From Eubacteriales bacterium (GTDB taxonomy: Bacteria; Bacillota; Clostridia; Oscillospirales; CAG-272): a stretch of DNA of 64,000 nucleotides. Below the pieces are notes generated by a model that saw nothing but the letters and a program-made list of their open reading frames with translations, was not told the DNA's origin and did not search any database. This document shows, piece after piece, positions 9,901 to 18,900 of this stretch. The stretch covers positions 7,935 to 71,934 of the forward strand of contig JAZSFA010000097.1 in assembly GCA_045531965.1 (NCBI GenBank), written 5' to 3'. A program made the position numbers and the translations under genes. Position 1 is the stretch's first letter. Every line of letters begins with the position of its first letter.

Positions 9901-12900
9901 TGTTTTTCATCGGAAGAAAGAATGACTCTTCTTCCGCCTACAGGGTTGCCGAAGGCATCCAGGAGTCTGCCTTCCAGGGTCACCTTCTCTGTCGGCTTCA
10001 CCTCAACGTTGGTGTAGGTCAGTTTGATTTCGCTGACATACTGCTTGACGGTCAGCTCCTCGGAGGTGTAATCCATACCGAGAGCTATGCCCGCGTAATT
10101 CTTCACGGAGCCGTCAACCGTCACCTGCGCGGTACCGACCAGCGGCTGACCGTCCTGACGGGACACCATCAGCTTGCGGCCGTAGTACACGCTCGCGTCG
10201 GTAGCGCTGACTTCCCTATCGATAAAGGTCAGCACGCAAGGTACGCTTTCGCCGTCAACCGTCAGGGTCACGGCACCGCCGAAGCCTGCAATATCCATGT
10301 ACTGACTGAACTCTACCAGCACACCTTCCGTATAACCGTTCGCGGTAGCAACGGTAGGTGTCACGGTGGTCACCAGACCGATGTTCACATTCAGCTGGGG
10401 AGGAGGCACGGGGAGCCAGCCATCCACCGCGTTGGCATCCCGGGTAGAATCTGCCGTCAGGTAGCCCTCCTTCTCGGCGACGACCTTCCAGTTACCGGGA
10501 GGTGTCAGCCAGGAGTAGTAGCCGCCTGCTTCGGTGACGATGGTACTGACCTGACCGAAGCTCTCCGCATCCCACAGGACGGCGTTGCCGTTTTCATCCT
10601 TGTAGTAGATGCTGACGGTGGCACCCTCCACGCGGTTGGAAAGCACGGCCTCGTAGATGAAGCCCGCAGGGTCGATCAAGGGATCGGAGCATTCCATTTC
10701 GTGGGATACCATTTGTTTCGCGGCCTCCGTCGCCAGATCAAAGGCAAGATCTCCTATGTCAAAGATCATTTCATCATCGGAGTCATCGGTCTCGACTTTC
10801 GAAGAATCATTCTCGGATTCCTCGGTTTCAACTCTCGAAGGATCATCTGCCCAATTCTTGCCGTCTTCACGGCCGGTAGGATACAGCGGGAAGTATCGCC
10901 AGTTTTTCTCCACCATTTCATCCCACAGCTTCAAGGCTTTTTCGGCAGAAACATAGCGAATACCGTTGCGTTTCCAGACGCCGTCACCGTTGTCACCCTT
11001 GGTGCTCAGATCCCGCTTCAGCTCTTCATACTTTTCGATATTCTCCTTCAATTTGCTGAAGCTGGCATTGAAGCGGTTGATATTGCCCTTGGAGAAAATA
11101 CCGGTATAGCTGTCATTGTTGAAGCCAAACAGACCTACTGCGTCAATCGTCGCGTCCGCAAAGAGCCTTATGGGGTCCGCAAATTTTGCAGGCACCAAGC
11201 TGAGCAGCTTTGTCAGCATATGCGCAGATTCCAGGCGCAGCTCATTGTCGTACTGATCACACAGGGTTCTCAGCTCGGTCATGGCAACGTATATGCTCTC
11301 TCTCACATCTCTCAGAGCGTTAAGATAACGCGGGCTCTCTCTGTGATAATAAACCTTGGAGTTTTTGAAATACTCGTCAAGATCACCGGCGAAACCTGCA
11401 AAGGATCCCAAATACTCACGCAGGGTCCACCGTTGATAGAACGACTCAATGTCCACTTCACCGGTTTCGGGGTTGTTTTCAAACATCCAAGCCTCCATCC
11501 AAAGGAACGCCTGCCCCTCATAAATACGGTTGAAGACATCTTCACTTCCGTAAACATCCACAACCAGGCTATGAATATGGAATGTATCCATCATGCTGGA
11601 TTGATACAGCGGGTAAAGATTGAAAAACTCCATATTCGCTTCGTCGTAATCGACGGTAGCCCAGTAGATCCGGTCGATCTCCGCATACATTCTACCCAGC
11701 TCCAGCATTTGGTTTACGTAATTGCCGTAAGCCTTTTGCATCTTATCCAGCGCCTTCGCCGTGTCCGATATAGCACTCGTCGAATCCAGCAAACCGCTGA
11801 TATAGGAAAGGATACCGGTCACTTTGCTATACATCTTTCCGCCCGTGGTTTTTTTAAGCCCATCCCATTCATTCAGGAGGTCGCTTCTGAACTTCATCGT
11901 GCGATAGATCATCGTTTGAGAAGCATTTGAGGAACCACTTGAAGCTATCGACAGAGCCAAGGCCTCGCTGTGTTTCATGCCCCTGATGTTGGACTCAACC
12001 GATGCACCAACAATTTTGGTTGGATTATTTGAGTCATAGACGTAGGAGACCTTGATCAATCCTTTATCTTGGGCGGATGTCAACACATCCACATTTCTCT
12101 CATAGACCTGATTATCCAAATAGAGATTTGCGGCTTTACTCGTATCCACATTGGCACGCAACGTGACGTCAACGAGCATATCGGCTCTATGATCGTGAAT
12201 TTTATAGCCCTTCATCACGGTTTCTGCCAAGCCTTTGTCAATCAAGGTGCCTGCTATTTTAGGCGAATCCTTGGCCAGCACTTTGGTAATATAGTCCAGA
12301 CCGTTCTGTGTCAGGAAGCCGTCGCCTTCCTCCGTCAATTCCACGCTGGGATTGCCGCTCTCATCGTAGTACATATTGATCAGGCGATCCTTGTCCCAGT
12401 CCCAATCAAACGGTATTTCATCCTTCAGGAAAGACAGGCCTTCTCCGATCAGATTGCCAAGGCCGTTGAGCGCAGGATTCTTTTTGCCAAGCAGGTAATC
12501 AAAAATGGAATCCTCATAGTATTCACGCAGATTGTCGGCAACCCACTTAGCCATACCTTCCAGACCATGGTAGATGATATTCTCCATGAATGCCTGATTG
12601 TCTTGATAATTCTCATAGGTAGAATCGATCAGATCGGCAACGTACTGATCGTGAATCCCATCCACGTACTTACTCAGAGAATCACCGCTCGCTTTGCTTC
12701 CGTTCGCCGCCATGGTCCGCATGGTCAAGGTCTGCATATTCTGTGCAGGGACATAGGAGGTGAACACGTCCATCCACGCATCTGTGTCGTAGGACAAATG
12801 ATAGTTGGCGCTGAAATCGTAGACCTCAAATCCGCCGTCCGTGTTTGCCATAAACACACCGTTTTCCTCGCCGTAGACGGGGATCTCCATAAAGCCTCTC

Positions 12901-15900
12901 TGCCGCAGGGATGCGGCGGTAACGCTTTCATCGATGGATCCCGTCTTCGTGTTAGACATCAGGGCAAGGTAATCTTCCTCGCTCATGTCCTTCGGGCTGA
13001 ATCCGAAGACCTCCTCAAAGGCGTTGTTCATCATGAACTCGAAATCTTGAGCATACTGGTAGTCGCTGATGATATCCGCCTGCATCTCTGCAGGGTAATA
13101 CTGGAACAGCGGGTCGGTCTTCACAGGATCCATCAGAGCATAGATGGTGTTTTCCAAGCCGTCTTCAAAGCAGAACATATTCTGGAAGGGCGTCCGATCC
13201 TGCTCCTTCATTCTTTCTGCCATGGCTTCCACCTGGCCGGGCATCAGGGTGATGCCCACGGCGTCCGCCGCGGTCTCCCACTCCACACCCATGTGCGTGG
13301 GCAGTTGCATCACGGTCAGCAGGGTGGCAGGGTCATACGCCACGTTTCGGATGGTCTTGGCGGTGACGTAACATCCGCTGTCTTCATCGTATTCGGTCCA
13401 CAGATACTCTTCCCTCTCGCTGCCATATATATCCGTATAACGGATGACGATGGCTGCATCACGGGCATAGCCTGCGTTATTGTTGTCGAAGGCCGCGCGG
13501 AAGGTCTCGTAGATGTCGTAGCGCTTCCCTTCCGTGCTGTCCAAGGCGGAGCGCAGGACGATGTTCTTTCGCTCACCGGTTTGGAAGTTGACAGAAATGA
13601 CGTTATCGGGGTCATAGGAGGTGGGGAATACCACTTCCCCCGTCTCGGCGTCGCGGATCACGATCTCCCCCTCGATCTTCACGGGGATCGCCAGATCCTC
13701 GTTACACTCCACGCTGACAGAATCGGTGGTAAACTCAATACCCGTGTTGGCGATGCGCACCACGGCGTAAACCTCATATTCCCACCAGAGCCACTTGAAG
13801 GGCGCGTCGTAGCGCAGAACCGCAAGGCCGGTATAGTTGGTGATGCCTTGTGCCACCAGCACACCGTCGGCGTACAGATCCACCTCGGAGCCCGCGGGAG
13901 CGGTCACCATGGCGTTAATGCCGGTTTTGTCCGAAATGGTGGGTGCGTGGCTGACACTCACCATACGCGAGAGCATCTCTTTATCCAGCATACTGACAGA
14001 TCCTGCGGCGGCATAGTAGCGGGAAGCCACGCCGTCCACGGTCGCGTCGGTAACAATGGTGGCGGTGCAGTACTGATCCCTGATCTGGTCAAAGGAAACG
14101 ACATCCTCCTTGTAACGGAGATAGACCACGAAGTTGAGTCTGCCTGCCCTTTGGGTCAGATCATTGATGGAATATTCATAGTACGTGGTCAGTCCGTCAT
14201 CCGAAAGATAACGGTCGGTGTAGGTCATGTGGGTACCGAAAGCCTGCTCTACCTGCATGATATGGAACAGCTCCAGATTGGAAGGAATGCTCAATAGCAG
14301 GGTGGTATTGCGAAGCTGGAAGTCGGTATCCAGCACCATGTCAAAGGTCAGCTCGGTGTAGTACGGCCAGAAGGTATATTCATAGGGACTGAGCCTAAGC
14401 TCCCGCTTCGTCACCATCGGCTCCTCTTTGATGAGGAAGCTGGCATCGGGGGCCAAGGGAGTTTCCACGTCCAGCATCTGGTAGCAAGGCGCCTTCAGGG
14501 TCACGTTGGTTCTGTAATAGTCCTCCCCTGCCGTCCATCCGCAGGCGGTGAACTGTGACAGCTTTTCCGCGGCGTTGAGATAGCGGTTCTGCTCGGACAC
14601 GGTCACCGTGTAGGTGCCGTCCGCAAAGCGACGAATGAGCAGCTCTCCGCTTTCCACGATGTCGATGGAAACGCGGTTGCCGGCGGCGTTGTATACCTGA
14701 ACGATGGCGCGGCCGCTCTCGCTGTCCTCGGGAAGGACGGGGCGGATATACATGGCGCCGTATCGGTTGAGAGTGCCCTCGGTGTCACCGTAATTTTCCG
14801 AGTCACCGGGGTTCAGCACGGCGGTAAAGCCGTACATTTCCAGAGACGGATCGGGCGTGACCGTCACGGTCAGCTCATCGGTCAGCTCAAAGAATTCTGC
14901 GTAATTATTGATGATCACGTAGGGGAACTGGAGGGTGTAGTCCTCACAAATCGTACCCTTGGTGACGTTTCTGATCTCCACGGAGATGCCATCGAAGCTC
15001 TCCAGCATCTCGGTCTCCTCATCCCCATCGGGAAGGATATCGTAAATGCTGAATTTTGCGCTAAAGGTGCCCGAAACAGGCAGCTTTTCCATTTCAACAG
15101 CGAGCTTGTAAGGCGTATTCGCATCCATGGCCGCTTGAATATCCTCGGCAGCCACCGAGCCGGTGTATTTATAGTAACCATCGCACAGGACGTACACCAG
15201 CAGGTTGGCAGAGGGTGTTGCCTGCAGGGTGATCTTACCGTCCACGATCTCGGTTTCCAGCTCTCGGAGCAGGTCACTCTGCGTCTGAAGGATGGAAACG
15301 CTGACGCCGGGATCATCCTTCACGCCCTCGGGCAGCTCGATCTCCACAGCCCCCTTCTCTCGCTTCATCAGATTGACGACGACGACCTGACCGTCCATGG
15401 TGGACTTCAATTCAAATTCACCGGAATCGTAGTCCTCATAATCAAAGGCGTAGGCTTCATCCAGGGTGACGGTGAAGCGGTAGCGGAAGGTGTCAGAGAC
15501 CATGGCGAAGCCATCCAGCTTTGCGCCTGTGGTCAGTACGTTGTCCTCCAGCCAGTTGATGTACCAGTCGATCTGCACCTTGTCGGTGATATCCTCGTCC
15601 CCTGCCATGACCTTCACGCCGAAGGAGGAAAGCACCGTCATGGCCTTCAGGTATTCGTTCAGCTCGACGAACTCCACAGCACCGTAGCCGTTTTCTACGC
15701 AAAGCTCGGTCTGCTCCTTGAAGAATTCCCAATATGCCTTCTGGCCATCATAGTCGCTGGTAAAGGGGATGCAGGTGAATGTGTCACCGGGCTTATAAAT
15801 GCTACTGTAGGCCGTATTGCTGTAATCCTCGCCGCTTTCAAACACGCCGTAACGGTAATATGCCGTGGGCACGTAGCCATCCAGCTTGGCTTGGTTATAG

Positions 15901-18900
15901 TTTTTCAGAGAGTAATTATAGATACCATCTTCGAAGATCTCCATATCGAAGCCGTTTTCCCTGATCATCCAGCCAACGGAGCTGGGCAGGAACACTTCTG
16001 CCAGCTTGGGGCAGTACTCGGCAAAGGAATAGACAGGCATGAACGCGCCTTCTCTTTCCAAAAATACGATCCGCTCAAGCTCGGGACAATCGTAGAAGCA
16101 GGTGTCTCCATAGCCCGTATGCGTACCCGAAAGTTCATTGTAAACGGGCGACGTTCCGATGCTCGTCACCTTGGCGGGCACGATGATGGAGGTGATGGAG
16201 GTCTTTTCAAAGGCGCGGCTGCCAATACTCACCAACGTTTCCGGCAGGTCAAAGGCAGTAATGCTCTCACAGCCCGAGAAGGCCTTTTCACCGATGTGTT
16301 TCAAAATGGAATCCTTACCGCCAAAGGTGATGAGGGTCATAGAACTGCAGCCCTCAAAGGCACTCTTGCGGATATCCTCCGTCTGATAGGAGACGTGGAA
16401 ATACTTGAGAGAAGGACAATTCAAGAAGCAGTTGGAGCCGATCCACTCGCCGCTGTAAACGTCCACTTCCTCCAGGGCAGTGCAGTTTGCAAAGGTACTG
16501 CCCCACAGATGCTGAACGTCGGTGGAGGCACAGGTCACCTTTTTGATCACCGTATTGTCGGTAAAGGCGGGGATGAAGCGCAGGCTGGAGGGCAGCACGA
16601 TCTCCTCGATGGCAGTGCCGCGGATAAAGTGGTCTCCGATGCTATTTACGCTTTCGGGGATCGTAAGTTCCGTAACCAAAACACAGCCGTCAAAGGCATA
16701 GTCGCCAATGTAGCCCAGCTTGCTGTTCAGAGTAATGGACGTCACCTCTGCGCAATCCTGGAATGCACAATTGCCCACATAGGTTACGTTTTCACCCAGC
16801 TCGATCTTCGCCAACTTCGTGCCGCGGAAGGAGAACTTCTCTACGCTGATCAGCGAATCGGGAAGATCTGCGATCTCCAGAGAAATACAGTCGCAGAAGG
16901 CACTCTCTCCGATGATCTCCAGCGAGTCGGGCAAGACGATGCCGTTCAGCGACGTACATCCGTTGAACGCCCGTCCGTCGATCCGTTCCAGCTCGGCGGT
17001 GATCTGCACGTCGGTCAGGGATTCGCAACACTCAAAGGCGGCCTCACGGATGCGGGTAATACTGCCGGGCAGTACCACGCTTTCCAGATAGTAACAATCT
17101 TGACAAACACCCTTGCCGAGATAGGTCACGGACTCGGGGAACACAATGGACTCGATATCGGAGTATTGGAAGGCATAGGGACCCACGTAGGACAGGATGC
17201 CCTCTCCCGCGGGATCCAGGTTGACTTGGGTAATGTAGGTTTCGGCGATGGTGCCGCCCATGAGCTTGGTCACCTTTTTGGGGACGGTATACTCGGTCAG
17301 GTAGGTACCGCGGAAGGCGTCCGCGCCGATATAGCTGACGTTTTCACCGAAGGTGACGGTCTCCAACGACGAATAACAGAACGCGCCGCTGCCGATGAAG
17401 GTCACGCTGTCGGGGATCTCAACGGATGTCAGCGGGGTGTTGGAGAACGCATATTCTCCGATGGACGTCAATCGGTCGTTGAAGCGGATAGCGGCAATAT
17501 TAGTTTGGGTAAAGGCATAGCCGTCCAGCTCCAGAAGACCTGCGGGCAGGACAAGCTCACCCTCAAGACCTGCGCTCGCGAAGGCGGAGTTACCGATATA
17601 GGAAACGCTCTCGGGCAGGAAATCCAGGGAAGTGATACCGGAGCAGCCCGCGAAGGCATAGCCGTTCACCCGTTGCAGACCGTCTCGGATCTGCACGTTG
17701 ACAAGACTTGGGCAGCCTTCAAAAACACTCGTTTCCAGCTCAGGTAACAGGGTCTCGATGATCACTTCCTGCAAGGAATAGCAGCCGTAGAAGGCATATG
17801 CCCCCAGCTCTGTGACAGAGGCTGGGATCACCACCCGTTCCACAGCGGAGCATCCCTTGAAGGCACGGTCACCGATGGATGTCACCGACGGAGGGATAAC
17901 CAGCTCTGTCAGCGCGGAGCAGCCGTCAAAAGCACCATCACCGATCTTTGTCAAGGTGGAAGGCAGCACGATCTTCTCCAGATTTTCACAGCCATAGAAT
18001 GCCTCGGCGCCGATCTCGGTCACGCCCTCGGGGATCACGATCACACGCAGCGCAGAGTTTTCAAACAGGCCTTCGGGAATGACGGTCATGCCTGCGGGAA
18101 TGATATAAGTTTCAATACTCGTTCTTTCAAAGAAGTACTCCCCGGGGATAAAGCCCTGCGGCAGATCCAGCTCCGTGACGTTCCACAGTATGCCCGGATG
18201 TCCCAAGGTCTTCAGGCTCTCGGGGAAAACCAGAGTCTTGCCATCGTAAGCGAAATTGTAGTCAATAACGATATCCGATCCTTGATATCGATCCCAGTAT
18301 TCCGTGACGATCCGACCGCCGTCAAAGACCTCCAGCCCTTCGGGAAGCTCCATTTTTTCGCGCACAAAGAAGGACTTTACGGGGGCGAATACCTTCAGCG
18401 TAGAGGGCAGGACTACCTCGTCGGCGGTCACGGCGCATTCCAGTCCGCCCTCACCGATGATCTCCAAGCCCTCGGGCAGGATCAAGGTACCCACTTCGAT
18501 CTCGGCATCCATTTCATTCAGCAGTTCAATGGTCTTGAGCGACTGGATCTCAAGCACGGAAACCTGCGGAATATACAGAGTCTCCACGCCTTCGGGGATC
18601 ACCAGCTTTTCAATGCTGCCCGGCAGACCTTCGATATGCTTGATCCCATCGCCCATCTCAAGGGTGGTGACGCAGGACGGCACCGCGGTCGGTTCCAGCG
18701 TCTCCACCGTATCCGGCAGGATCAGGGTGGTCATATAGGGGCAGCGGTCATATTCAGCGGTACCGTAGGTTTCCGTACCAAAAGTCTTGCCCGCGATCGT
18801 CTTGACGGTGATGCCGTTGATGGTTTTGGGAATGGTCACCACTTCGTCATTGGAAAACACGGAGTACAGCGTGCCGTCGCTTGTGATCAGATAGCGGTTT

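Noticed and set aside
10662-10690. Rhs toxin call from DPAG
   Set aside because: No YD repeats or Rhs core, and adhesin-like domains follow the motif
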